Shown: piece by piece, positions 13,834 to 27,056 of the stretch
How the letters are laid out: every line of letters starts with the position of its first letter
Numbering within the stretch: the stretch's first letter is position 1
From: Lytechinus pictus
Taxonomy: Eukaryota
Length of the DNA: 64,000 nt
Reading direction: 5' to 3'
Assembly (NCBI RefSeq): GCF_037042905.1
Contig: NC_087252.1
Span: 9,364,001 to 9,428,000, forward strand
Translations under genes and position numbers: made by a program
Notes under the pieces: generated by a model
Databases searched by the model: none
What the model was told of the DNA's origin: nothing
The model's input: the letters and a program-made list of their open reading frames with translations, nothing else

Positions 13834-15169
13834 AACATTCACTCAAATATCAACATTCGCTATTTAACATTCTGATTTTACTCAACTGCTATACAGCACC
13901 TGCACCTGCAATGCACCCACTTGACCAGTAAATATCAATCTAAGTCACGAATCTTTTTATGAGGCCGCCATCCATTCAAGCCTAACCGCTCACGATGGTG
14001 GTCTCCTGCGTTCATTTATTACATTATATATATATGTTTACATTTATAAAAGATTAATTTATACTCACACTCTTATTTGTATTTATCATGTAATATGACT
14101 ACATTGTTTATATTGTGAATTATTTTGTATATTGTAATTGTAAATATTTTTTTGAACGCAGAAATAAATGCAAGCAAACAATATATGACCTATATCTAAG
14201 CCTTGAAAAACCACTTTCGTATCAATGTCATAATCTATTGTGGGCCCTACATTTCGAATATCTCCTGTCAGGGTAGAGGCTCGCCGCCGGCTCGGTGGCG
14301 GGGGGGGGGGCATATACGATGATGACCATCATGCGGTTGTCGCGTGAAAGAATTTTGAATTTGATGATTAGGACCTCCTTGCCTGAAGCACAAAATGTTA
14401 AAATAATGGAATTCCACGTGTTCAGGGAGGAATAAAACTTCATTTCACATGACAATAATGAGAAAATCAAAATATGTCACGTTTCATATAATAAAATACA
14501 AAATAAATAGTGAGTGAGTGATTTCATCAGTTCCCTCATTTGCATGCCGACCGAGACGTGCATATAACTGTTTTGTGAAATGAAGCGAAACTTTTAAATG
14601 TCATAACCTTCTTATGTTACATCCGATTTTGATGAAATTTTCATTGTTATGGTTGTTTAATTTTTCTCTTTTTATTCAAATCAAGTTTTTAGTGGGGTGG
14701 ACTTGTCTTTTAAAATGTCCCTTTTCGCTACGCATCATTTGGTTAGTGAAATACGTATGGTCTAAGTGAATTCCTACAAACAAGCCTTTGAATGTTCCAC
14801 TTCAGTTCTGAACTATACACAACAAAAAAGTAAGTCCCCCCTAAATCAAATTGCTGTAACTTTTAAACTGAGTTATTTTGAGATATGATAATTCGTAGGT
14901 GGTTTTCTACACTCATTAAGCAACTCCTGGGGAAAAATGAAATTGATCGGTTGAGTCATGCATGAGTAATTAAAGATTGAATTAAAAATGACAAATTTTG
15001 AAAGTCACAAGAGTCGTTTTTCAGATTGTGCAAATACAAAGTTGGGCAAAAATTGTTTTTTAGGTGAATTTTATGGTGTTATGCTGTTTTACTGTTCATC
15101 ATTTAGCCACTCCTTACACAATTTTGATATCGTACATGTATGTTCATGGTTGAGTGAGCACAATATCGT

Positions 15170-15324
15170 AGGGGCCGCGGAAGCGGGGTGGGGGCTCACT
15201 TTTTTTTCCAAAAGCATGTACAAAATGTAAAAATGACCATACGATTGTGATTTTTTGCATGGTCAGCCCCCCACTTTTGACTCAGCCCCTCCCCCACACT
15301 TTGAAAACCGTTCCGCGGCCCCTG
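15170..15324. mobile_element. Short MITE with AGGGGCCGCGGAA / TTCCGCGGCCCCTG ends
   Basis: TIRs are visible; a second family member lies at about 49132-49311. Confidence 0.7.
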
Positions 15325-15431
15325 TATTGTGACGTATCATCATAGGGGTTTTTGGTAGCATCCTCTACAACTTGTTAGGTCATATTAAAATTTGAAAATG
15401 TTGGTGGCTCCCGCGATTATAGACCCCTCCC

Positions 15432-15665
15432 CACTAGCGTACCTACGGGGGGGGGGGCAGAGGGGGCACTCTGCCCCCCCCCCCCCCTGACGAGCCAGAA
15501 CTCATACAAAAGACATATACATCCCCCCCCCCTGACGAGCTTAAAAGACCCTTTTTGCCCCCCCCCCCCCCTGATGAGCTTGAAGACCTTTTTTTTTTTT
15601 GGTCAAATTTTTTGGCGACCAATTTTGCCCCCCCCCCCCTGTGAAAAATCCTAAGTACGCCACTG
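15432..15665. mobile_element. hAT-like MITE
   Basis: Ends CACTAGCGTAC / GTACGCCACTG with 8-bp TSD CCCCTCCC (15424-15431, 15666-15673). Confidence 0.8.
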
Positions 15666-17139
15666 CCCCTCCCCCATTTTTGAATTCTGGATCCACCACT
15701 GATTTGTCCATAAATTGAACTGATTATGAGAAATTGTTAGGAAAAGAATACATTTATGCAGTATAAAGAGTATTCATTCCTAAGTTTTCGAATGTGCTCG
15801 CTCAACCATGAAAATGTTAAAAGTTCGGAAAGTGTGTGGTGATAGAAATGATAGATGATAAAAAACAACAGCAATTTAAGTCACATTTGAAACCGAATTT
15901 GCCACCAATATTCATCTTATTACCCTTTAAAATTAGTCTGTGACATTGAAAATACCCATTTTCCCCACTTTGATGCGTGCTCACTCATCCGTAAATAAAC
16001 AAATCGATTTCATTTTTGCACAGAATTCTGCCCAAAGGTTGATAAACATTTCTGCCAAATGACATTGCTAAAGACAGCCTTGAAAAAAAGATCCACCATA
16101 TTGAATAAGGGGTTACTTATTCTTAAACATATGCACCAATAATGTACACAAGTCTATGAGGGAGGAAGTCAAACTTTTTAACAAATATGAAATAAGGGGT
16201 TTGTTTCATGGACGGTTTTTGTTACTTCTGCCAACAGTTATTTCATGAAACTTCGGACATGGCTTCAGAGTAACACTATCCAAAAGGCGCGCACACCGAA
16301 ATAACAATTCGATACGGCACAGAGTAGGGCCAAGGCCTTAAACTTTCTTCTCATTTGCATATTTTTCAAATATTGTGTGCTCACTGATGCATTAAACATC
16401 GGGATTTTCATAAAAATCAAATCAAATGAACCATGCAAGGAGGTTTGCGACAGATATCCATAGTTACAAATTGTATTTGTTCCAATAACTTAAAAAAGAG
16501 CTAATCACATTCCACAAGTTCATTCAAGCGTGAATGTTTAATTAAACGCATTTGAATCATTGAAGCATGTTAATTGGTCATGAACATAACGAAAAAGTTG
16601 ATAAAAGATCAGTTTCAGTTACCAAAATGAAACAATACTTGCCTAAGATATTTGAAAATCGTATTTTTTGTTTTCAATAAATGTTCATTGAACCGTGAAA
16701 CGATGAATATTGTCGAAGATACTCTTCCAAAATATAACTGTCATCATATTCTATCATTTTTATTGATGAAAATGTGTGAAAATCCAAATTTGGACTTGTG
16801 TTTATTCAACCGTGAAATTTAGCCAAAAAATTGTATCGTCTTTTAGAAAGTACCTTTTACAAGCCTTCTGACTATTTTTCGTGATGAGAATGTGGAATCA
16901 ATTCCAATAAAATGGAATCAAAGTCATGATTTTTGGCTTGTGACTTTTGAAAAGTGACATTTTTGCCTTCTGACGGTGCTCACTGAAGCATGACGTAAAA
17001 TACGTCCATAACATTTACTCAGAGTGTAGCTCATAAAATTACTTACACGTTCATGTAAAAATATATCAAAAACTCGCATTGGTTCGGAAATTATTGATGT
17101 TTGTTCAAGGGGGGACTTACTTTTTTTGTTGTGTATATA

Positions 17140-19500
17140 TAAACTTTCAGCTCGCGCTTCGCGCTCACAATATTTGATTTGTGAGATGGGTATGTTAGTT
17201 ATGATTGCAATGACTACAGGTGTTTTATGTGTTAAGGCGTAATTCTAACAAAATCTGCCAGCACTTGGCCCTCGCATTGGATGACTATGGCGAGATATGT
17301 ATACTCTTAATGGATTCCTAAAATATAGTCCTTAAAATGTCCCATTTTGGGGTCAATACATACAAATATTTCAGCTCGCGCTTTGCGAAAAAAAGATGTG
17401 TATGCAACTATACTACGAACGCGAAGCGCGAGCAGAAATTTTTTTATACACCTTTTGAACTGATCGAAAAGGTAGGCCTGCCTACTGCTTGCAGTTAGCC
17501 ATGAAAACGTTACATATTACAACAATCAAATAGTGCGAGCGCCAAGCGCGAGGTGAGAATTTTTGTCACTTTTACCTAAAGAATGGAAATTCTATAGACT
17601 TTTTGTAACTTAAACATAATAGGTATATAACTTAATAATTGATGCGAGCGCGACGCGCGAGTCAAAAATTTCTAGATTTAGACCTAAAAACGAGACACTC
17701 TATTAATGTTTTGTAAATATTGAAAAGGATGAGTAATAGGGATCTTCCTTACATTAATAATGCGAGCGCGATCAGAAACTGATCGAAAAGGTATGACCTG
17801 CTTGTTAACAGAGGCGTTGATCCTGGGGGGGGGGGCGATCGCCTCACCAATGAAAATATTGGGGGGGGGGCAAACATCGTTTTGCGCCCCCCCCCCCCAA
17901 CATTTCCGCTGATGTGTAAAAATAAAATAATATTGTGATATTACACAGAAATCAGCAAGCGAGATTGAGATACCAACTCGTTCTTTATTTAAACTTGTGC
18001 TCAAAATGTCCGCTTTTTAGATTGGAATATAAAAAATTTCAGCTCGCGCTTCGCACTCGTATCATTTATGTAGCAAAAACCCATACTTTTCCTGATTGAA
18101 TAGGTGAACAGAATGTCCAGTTTTCAGTTTTAAACCTCAACAGAACTAGCGCTTCGATTTGCAATGTTTTGTTGGATGTATATTTTGTTCTTTATCAAAA
18201 AACGTCCATTAAACTGTCTTTTTTTCAGATCGAAATATCAAAATTTTCAGCTCTCGCTTTGCGCTAGCATTAACTTGTTGGTGAGATATGTGTCTCTTTC
18301 TCATGATTCATATATATATAATTGTGTGTGTGTGGGTGAGTTTGTTCTTTTTGTGTGATCGAGCGCATTTGGAACGTTGATTCATGATTTTGCCCCCCCC
18401 CCCCATCTGAAAAATGGATCGACGCCCCTGCCTGTTAATGACTGCTTGCACTTAGCCATGAAGAAATCAATATTTCAACAATCAAGTGATGCGAGCACGA
18501 AGCGCAAGCTGAAAAGTTTTGACATTTCTACATAAAGAATAGAAAAATCTTAATCAATATTTGTAATCATGAACAGGATACCTATATAACTAAACAACTG
18601 ATGCAAGCGCGAGCGGAAAAAATCGAGATTTAGACCTACAGTGTAAAACGGGACATTCTATTCATGTGTGGATTTAATCTTAGAATCTAGGCATTCTAAA
18701 TACATCTTTTATCTTGAAAATCAATGCGAGAGCAAAGTGCGAGTATAGATATTTGATATTCCGATCTAAAGAGGGTAAATTTCAGCTCTATATATCAAGC
18801 ACTTTGTAGGAAAATTGTGAGGTGAATATGGATCGCACTTAATAAAGAGCTGATATTTTTCATCATTATCATTTTTTTTTAGTTTTGAAATAGGACCGGG
18901 GCATCCTTAGGAGGTGTCATCATATGAAAATGATGACTATCTTTCTATTCCTCTTGCTAAACGCGGGAAGAGACAAACGGGGCTATTTGATTATTGATTT
19001 GATATCGTATTTTTCAATGCATAATGAGGGCGCGAAATTAATTCGAGTGCAAATCGCGAGCCGAAATTTTTGATAAACTGTAATGAAAAGGGATTTTAAG
19101 TAGTTTGTTGTGTAATCAATATTGATACACACATAACTCGTCAATCAAAATGCGAGCGTGCAGCGTTACCTGATACGTCTTGACAATCAGACCTGAAAGG
19201 GAATATTTTGAAAACTTCATGGAGTACACGAAAGTGAGAAGTACCTGAAAAATCAAATTTGCGAGCGCGCAGCGCGAGCAGAAAATGTTAATATTCAGAC
19301 CATAAAACTAACATTTTTACAGAGCACTTTATAAAAATCAATTGGTAAATCACACAAAATAATGAAAGTTCGATTTCCGAGGTGAAATATGTTTTGTAAA
19401 TTGACTTCCAAACTCGGTATTTATGCTCCATATTGAACAAGCTATGTAAATCTCCTAACAGGCAATGCAAATGCGAAGAGCGAGCAAAAATTTTATATAC
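17140..19500. repeat. Diverged array of about 100-130 bp units carrying GCGAGCGCGAAGCGCGAGC
   Basis: The motif recurs in both orientations here and at about 230-1380, 22620-23230, 38140-38400 and 44500-46640. Confidence 0.85.
17809..18430. mobile_element. hAT-like MITE
   Basis: Ends CAGAGGCGTTGATCC / GGATCGACGCCCCTG; TSD CTTGTTAA / CCTGTTAA (7 of 8). The right end is also present at about 8815-9081. Confidence 0.8.
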
Positions 19501-21183
19501 ATGAAAGATTCTTTTTATTTTCCAAGTCTTCCCCTCAATTTATTTTTTTTTTATTTACCCGTCTTCCTCATCTTCTTTTTTCTCTTCTCTTTTTTTTCGT
19601 TCTTTCTTTTTTTTCTTCTTTTTTTTTTGCTCCGCCAATAGGGGGCGGGGGCTGGCCTTTCGGCCCCACCCCCTGGATCCGCCTATGAAGGAGGACCCAT
19701 TAGTGAGAATAATCAAACACGGGCATTCCATATAAGGTCTTAAATAGGCAGCACAGCGAGTTCATTTACACGGACTAATTCTGTCTCATATTATCTGAAT
19801 TCAATGTACACCTGATATTTTCAAATAAAACAAGCTTTTCTTCCAACTCTAGCACCATTCAGCGTTAAAACTTCAGAACGACAGGCAATCATCTATAGGT
19901 CATCCAACTGATCACCGTTGAACTAGATCTTCTTTTATTTTTTCGGTAAGTTTTGATAATTGATTTATTTTACCTTTTTTTCTAATCCATTCATTCGTGT
20001 TCATCTTCACCGAAGTTTTCAGACGCGTCCGCATTGCTATGACTGGTTTTTATTACCATACTTCTTTCACTAAGATTAGCGCCAATAAAATATTTCGAAA
20101 ATGAAGGAACAAGAGAAATTGCAAAACCCTTGCTTCCGCGTATATTTTTGTTATTATCTGTTTATTTTGTAATTGTTTGGAGGCTCTTTCTATTCTTTTC
20201 AAACTTTTTTGTCCTTTTAAGCTTTATTTTCATTCTATTTTTTTCATATTTGATGTAAATGTTGTAATGTCAATCTTCTGTTGTTGTTTTTTGTGCTACA
20301 GCGCCCCTTCTAAATCAGTTTGCTAACTGAAAGGGCTATCCTTTTGAAATAAAACGTGAATAAATAGATTTTTTTTAAAGTCGATTAAAGAAGAGGGGTT
20401 TGTTGATCAAAGGCGTTCTCCCTGAAATTACAACAGAGAGAGGGTTAATAGAAGAATCTCAATTGTCTCCATTTTCTAGTGAGTTTATTTCGTGTGTGTG
20501 TTTTTTTTTTTTGAGAAAGTTATTGAGGAGACCAAATGCCCTTTATTTTTTCGATAAAGACTTTTTCCTTCGGAAAAATCTTGAATCCCTGCTTGGGCGA
20601 ATTATAAACACAGGTAAAGAGGCGGCGACATGGATAACAAAATAACGAGTAATAGCATTCAAGAGCTATTTGAGATTCAAATCAACAGACAAGGGCAAAC
20701 TAATTTTATTCCCGCATTTTTCCCCATTTTCTAAATAGGCGAAGGTTCTTGCTCATTTGTTGGTTTTGCATAATTATTTCCTTCTTGTAATTTCATTAAT
20801 CCTGGATTTTGATGATGTTCTTGTTAATATTACTTCGCTCGCTCGCTCGCATCTTTTTTTTTTCATAATTTTTACTTCAATCCGCCGTTATGCCCCCTTA
20901 GATTATTTTACTGATGAGAAGAATTCGACATTTGATACTGAAAAATCTCATAGAGAGACACGGGCCTCCTCTGACATTTTTGGAAACTACAGAATATACT
21001 TTGTTCTACCATATTACAATTACGTGTTTAGAGAAAATGACTGTTTCCGTTACCCGCCCTTGGTGCAAGCATACAACTGGGCCCTTTTGAAAAAGAGTTA
21101 CAATTGGTCTGATCCACTGCAACCGCATGGAGATCCATATAATATAGAGATGTCATTTTCTTCTACACGTAAATGTTCATATA

Positions 21184-21530
21184 CAGTGCGTCCCAGAAAA
21201 AAACGAAGCCGATACTTATCGATGATTTACCATCACAAATCACTTAATCACTTAATCACAAATACAATAGACAAGTGACCTACCATTGTAAAGCTTAGGG
21301 TGTCCTCTTTCGTCTGAAATTACTTAGATTATTTCTCATTCATGCGTGAGTGAGCAAAAATAATTTGAAGAGGAGATACCAAAATGTCACTTGGCGGGCT
21401 GTATCTGGGTTTCAAACAGAATCACATTTCTGAAAAATTCAATATCTGCTGTTTAATTTGATACCTCAATTACAATGAATGGTCGAGAAATAACAAAGTT
21501 CTGCCTATTTGAAATAAAGCCTCAATTTCA
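21184..21530. repeat. Half copy of the palindromic MITE at 37325-38094
   Basis: Starts TA-CAGTGCGTCCCAGAAAAAAACGAA and follows the arm of the full copy. Confidence 0.85.
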
Positions 21531-22521
21531 GCTACGCTATCGTTCCGGGTCACTCGACACTTTGTTTTACTTTTTGCAACCGTGAACATCATTCGGGTTT
21601 TGTTTTTCTGATTTCGAAAATGAATCTCAAAAAGGAATTATCTAATCGTACCTTGACGGCGGTACGATCAGATAATTCGTGTTTCTGATTTTGAAATGGA
21701 AAAAGGAAATGAGAAGGCGCGCTCAATATTGTCTGTTTCGTGAAGGCGAAACAAAAAAAATGGAACACAATTTTCTTTTTCGTAAATGCAATACAAAAAA
21801 AGAGAGAAGAATTATCGATTCAATGTTCTATTTCGTGAACGCGAAACAGAAAAAGGAACTGAAAATTTGAATTCAATTTTGCGTTTTTCAGAGGAAAAAA
21901 TTGAAATATGTAAAAACACTAAAACGGACAAATTAACCGTTTGTCTATTTTCCCGCTTTCATAATATTGCATTTTTCAATCAAAATATTGAAAAATGACC
22001 GTTTTTCTGATTTGAATCTTAAAAAAAAGAACCAATTTTCAACAGGGTTAGTGCATTTTAAACGGTGTGTTTTAAAAAAAAATTTAAACGCGTTTTAAAA
22101 CACCCGCTTTTTATTTATTTATTTATTTTATTTATTATTGAAATATATTTAGAAAGTCAAAAGGGGCCTAAGCTTTCGATCCTAGCAGAATCTTCGTCGG
22201 AGGCAAAATGACAAACATATAAAGTGGAACAACCATAATATAGACCACAGACATTCAACAGCAACACTAGAAACAAGGAGACAAAAGGGGCATTGGTGAG
22301 AAGAGATGACCAATCAGGTTAATGAAGGGGATGAAAGAAAAGGAATAGGCAGACACAAAGGGAAGTCCCTGGTGTAAGTAAGGCCAAAGAAAGACATCAA
22401 GCCAAGAGGGATTAAGAGACCTGGGAACGATTTTTTCAGTGGGGGTGCTGAAATCTCTCCTCAAAGGTGGGGGGGGGGGACACAATTAAGTTTTCCATAA
22501 TTACACCCACACACCCTCACC

Positions 22522-22564
<43 letters not shown>

Positions 22565-23662
22565 CAGTCACTTCTTAGCTTTCTTCTTACAAAAGAACAT
22601 ATACATGTAGTTAGATAAATCGAGCGCGAAGCGCGAGCTATTTTTTTTTTCGAGGGGAGGGATTTCATGTATTTTGTCCTGAAAATTTGATATTTTGAGC
22701 AATGTTTGTGTGGTTCGGAACAAGATGCGTATGTAACAAATAATAACTGGGAACGTGATCAGCGCGAGCAGATATTTTTTATATACGCTCTGGCCTGATC
22801 GAAAGGGACGTGTTATAAGGACTATTTGCAGTTACCCATTAAGACGATACATCTATCAACAATCGAATAATGCGAGCGCGAAGCGCGAGCTGAAAATTTT
22901 GACATTCCGACCTAAATACTGGATATTCTAAGCACTTTTGTAATCATGAAAAGGATAGGTATATAAATATACAATTGATGCGAGCGCGGAGCGCGAGCGG
23001 AAACAAAATTGAGATTTTAGACCAAAAAACAAGACATTCTAAGCACTTTTCTAATCAAGAACAGGATAGGTATTGATGCGAGCGCGAAGCGCGAGCGGAA
23101 ACAAAATTGAGATTTCAGACCTATAAACGGGACATTCTATTCATGTTTTGTAAATCAAGAAAATGATGGGTAATTGGATATATTTTGACATTAATAATGT
23201 GAGTGTGAAGCGCGAGCAGAAATTTTTTGATATTCTGATCTACTCCGCACTGAATGTAATATGGTTTGAACAGATAAAGTAAAATCAGACGAACATAAGA
23301 ATAAAGATTTGATCAAAATCCGACAAGGAATATCAAAGTTATTGCATTTTAAAGATTAGCATTATTCCGGTGAAACAGTTTTAAGCATGTCTTCATTAAT
23401 ATTTAATGAGAAAACTGATGATGTCATATCCCCACTTGTTCTTTTGTATTTTATTATAATTAGGTTTATTCAATATTTTCCCTTCAAAAACCAAAAACAG
23501 TTTAATTGACAACTGATTTAGTCCATTAAATATTCTTTGCTGCATCTTATTTCATTATAAGGGAGACATATCATTCACACTGGTATGAAAAAAATGAAGC
23601 AATTGTGATTCCATGTAATAACACACGAAACAGGATAGTGGGGATGTGACATCTTCAACCCA

Positions 23663-23925
23663 CATGGACGAAAATCCCAGAGGGGACAGGGGGACGTGTC
23701 CCCCTACCAAATATAGTAGGGGGACACAAGATCAAATGTCCCCCTAGTACTATTTTTGGTCTTTCATGATGGAGAAAAATACATCACTTCACAATCAAAT
23801 AATAATGTATTTTGGACTAAATGACCTTACATTTTTGGTGAAAACCTTTTTATTTTATTTTTTTGCTTGTCAAATTTTTACAGGCACTGGTCCCCCCTAC
23901 CTTTGGTTACAGATTTCCGCCCATG
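23663..23925. mobile_element. hAT-like MITE
   Basis: Ends CATGGACGAAAATC / GATTTCCGCCCATG with perfect 8-bp TSD TCAACCCA. Confidence 0.85.
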
Positions 23926-24624
23926 TCAACCCACATATTAAGTATTTATGACATGCATATCACAATTTTCATAAATTATTGCTAAACTGTAGAATTAAAT
24001 AACTTAACTATTCGTTATCAGATTTTCATAAAATTTATTTATTTTGATAAAATGTATTTGATATAAATATGTTCAGCCCGGAGTACCCCCAAAACAAGCT
24101 GCGTATCTGAATAAACATGCGTGTGCATGTTTAGAGTTAGACCTAGTATCTGGGCATTCTACATACATTTTTTTTTATATAAAAATCAATAACGCGAGAG
24201 CGAAGCGCGAGCAGAAAACATTTCATATTCCGATCTGAAAAGGGGTGAAGAATTTAAACACTATTTTAAGTACTGTGTCGGAAAATTCTGAAGGGGGGGG
24301 GGGCTCTACAAAACGTCGTTCATTTTGATTTCATTTCTGTCATTTATCACACCTACCACTAGCTTTCCAGGAAGTGTTGTCTATGGAAAATAACACATGC
24401 AGCACCCCCAAATTTTGGGGGTGCTTCACCCCCAGCACCCCCGCTTCCCAGGACCATGGGGCAGGGCAAAAAAGACTGTGAAATTTGATTTCTATTGTCT
24501 TACTTGTAATTGATTATAAAAAAAAAACACGGGAGGTCGGACGCGCGCACACTTGATTCGACATAAAAAACCTGGAAGTTTCAAGTCCAACCACACCCAT
24601 TTCCCATATGTCTCTCCCTGCTAC

Positions 24625-24710
24625 CATGGACCTATCACAATAGGTCCATGCTGCTATCGAGTAGTGTGTAAACCCATGGACCTATTACGAATGATAGTGA
24701 TAGGTCCATG
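24625..24710. repeat. Two micro-insertions (26 bp and 36 bp) with CATGGACCTAT inverted ends
   Basis: 24625-24650 is flanked by CTGCTAC/CTGCTAT; 24675-24710 is flanked by perfect GTAAACC. Confidence 0.8.
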
Positions 24711-25556
24711 GTAAACCAAATGTGTAAACTATGCTTATCAAGTATCGCGCGCGAACACGTCTGTATCGGAATGCCAGAGCTTGATTGAGTCGTGTTTAGG
24801 AGGGATGTTATTGGAATATGTAAAAGACTATGTAAATGATTTGCGATTGTCGGATGTGATAATTATGTGAATTATAACATATTTTAAAAAATACAGGGGG
24901 AACCTAATTTCGTGGGGGTGCTGCCTATGGAAAATAATACACGCAGCACCCCCAGGAAATTTTCTGGGGGTGCTTCAGCACCCCCAGCACCCCCGCTTCC
25001 CAGGTCCCTGTGAGGCAGGCAACATCAAACAGGATCTGGAACAAAACAGTGATGGAGGGTATGAGGTAAACAGGTAACAAAGAAAGGCATAATAAACTGG
25101 TGCATAAGAGTGGGGAAAAGGGGAAAGAATGGGGAACAACTGATAATGTGCAAAAGACATAAGTATGTATGATAGAGCAATAAACAAACTAAGAGAAGAA
25201 TGTAAGTGTGAAAATAAATGTGTAAGTATAATATTATATAAATATATCCAAAAAGGAATGTATATGAAAAAAAATACACCCAAAAAAAATACCAAAAAAA
25301 ATACAAAATAAATGTAAAAAATAAACAAATTAAATATATATATATATATACATATGGTGTAACTGATGTTGTAATCTGCTGGGTGTGAGGGGGGGGGGGG
25401 AGAAGACTATATAGTAGAAAAAAAAGCCCTGTATATATGGAAGGGAAGCAAATTGCCTAAAAGGGTAAAAGCAAATAAAGAAGCTGATGCTGTATGAGAG
25501 AGGGGTGTATTTAGAAAAAAAACCATAGTAAACATAAAAATAAGCAAAATAATTAA

Positions 25557-26142
25557 AGTGATCATTTCACTTTGTTCTGATTTAAAAAATTCTCATTTTG
25601 GTTCTTGAAAATGGGCTTAACATTAGGCTTATAATGTAAAAATACCATCCCAAAAGTTTCAAAGTATTATATCCACAGGATCAATTTTAAAACCTTAAAG
25701 ATGTAAACCAAAGTTTGAAAATAATTGGGAGTTGGTTTCAATGACTACATGTATGTGTATACAGTGAACCTGTGCACCACAACACACGAACTCTAGATGA
25801 ACACAGCATGGCCTACATGCAGTGTGTACTATAGGTATACACTGAATGTTCAGTGCAGCTAATATCGTGTGTGTGTAAATAGGAGATACACACAACAGAA
25901 GGCAGTCAAAATAGCCAACGGACTTTTTGAATTGGAGTAAACTGGTCATACGCTTAACCTGTCTACTAGACGGTTCTCAAAATCAAGCTAATAAATTGCT
26001 ACTTGTATCTAAATTAGAGTTTTTCATTCTATATTGTGGTTTGTTTCAGGGTTTTTGAGGACAAATACATGCACTCATACACATGTTTTGTCTCAGTTTG
26101 AGAATGTTTTTAATCAGCTGCTCACAAAGTTAAACGATCCCT
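25557..26142. mobile_element. TTAA-targeted MITE (Kolobok/piggyBac-like)
   Basis: TTAA on both sides; imperfect TIRs AGTGATCATTTCACTTTG / CAAAGTTAAACGATCCCT. Confidence 0.75.
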
Positions 26143-26229
26143 TTAAGTGGTAAATCTAAGAGGTGAGTGGAGAGAAAAAAAAATAATAATAATTATATCG
26201 CCTTAATGGAAGGGAAGCAATTTTTTTTT

Positions 26230-26875
26230 TTGTATTCTTTTTTTTGTGTATTTTTTCATATACATTCCTTTTTGGATATATTTATATACTTTTATACTTA
26301 CACATTTATTTTTACACTTACATTCTTCTCTTAGTTTGTTTATTGCTCTATCATACATACTTATGTCTTTTGCACATTATCAGTTGTTCCCCATTCTTTC
26401 CCTTTTCCCCACTCTTATGCACCAGTTTATTATGCCTTTCTTTGTTACCTGTTTGACCCACCTCTCACTAATTCTTGTTATTCATCTGTTCCTCATACCC
26501 TCCATCACTGTTTTGTTCCAGATCCTGTTTGATGTTGCCTGCCTCATATTTTAATCCCTCTTGGCTTGATGTCTTTCTTTGGCCTTACTTACACCAGGGA
26601 CTTCCCTTTGTGTCTGCCTATTCCTTTTCTTTCATCCCCTTCATTAACCTGATTGGTCATCTCTTCTCACCAATGCCCCTTTTGTCTCCTTGTTTCTAGT
26701 GTTGCTGTTGAATATCTGTAGTCTATATTATGGCTGTTCCACTTTATATGTTTGTCATTTTGCCTCCGACGAAGATTCTGCTAGGATCGAAAGCTTAGGC
26801 CCCTTTTGACTCTCTAATTTACTCCATTTGCTCTTTTTTTAGATAAGCAGTTTTCAGCAGCTTCTTTTTGCCATT
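26230..26875 (+). mobile_element. Penelope-like terminal region, copy B
   Basis: Inverted duplicate of copy A; pyrimidine-rich body followed by a hammerhead-like motif. Confidence 0.7.
26762..26800 (+). ncRNA. Degenerate minimal type I hammerhead-like motif
   Basis: GCCT - CCGACGA A - stem GATTCT/AGGATC - GAAA - GCTT - AGGC. The core has C in place of the conserved U4. Confidence 0.45.
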
Positions 26876-27056
26876 AAAATATATTTATACAGGATAACAG
26901 GCTCAGATTAACTGTTTTCAGCCTGGTCAGTAGTATAAGAACGTCTCCAGCGTCATGACGTAATGTTACGTAACCCCTAATGAATATTGATGAGGATCAT
27001 GATTATTAATGAGGGTCGTGAATACATAATGAGGGTGTCTTGGGCGTCATGACGTC

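Larger units (their letters stand above)
14818..17133. mobile_element. Non-autonomous Tc1/mariner-like element, 2.3 kb
   Basis: TIRs CACAACAAAAAAGTAAGTCCCCCC / GGGGGGACTTACTTTTTTTGTTGTG, with TA on both sides. Confidence 0.85.
22416..25010. mobile_element. Non-autonomous DNA transposon inserted in Penelope-like copy A
   Basis: Ends GAGACCTGGGAA / TTCCCAGGTCCCTG. It interrupts GAGGGATTAA|...|TGAGGCAGGC, which is contiguous in copy B apart from 4 bp. The right end is duplicated at about 24380-24458. Confidence 0.75.
22150..25330 (-). mobile_element. Penelope-like terminal region, copy A, split by a 2.6 kb insertion
   Basis: 22150-22415 plus 25011-25330 together form the reverse complement of about 26230-26815; hammerhead-like motif at 22166-22204. 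Confidence 0.7.

Noticed and set aside
20757..21278. 173-aa ORF
   Set aside because: Non-ATG start, spans repeat fragments and a MITE end, no protein-like features.
24975..26699. Hydrophobic ORFs that look like membrane proteins
   Set aside because: Artefacts of T-rich duplicated repeat sequence.
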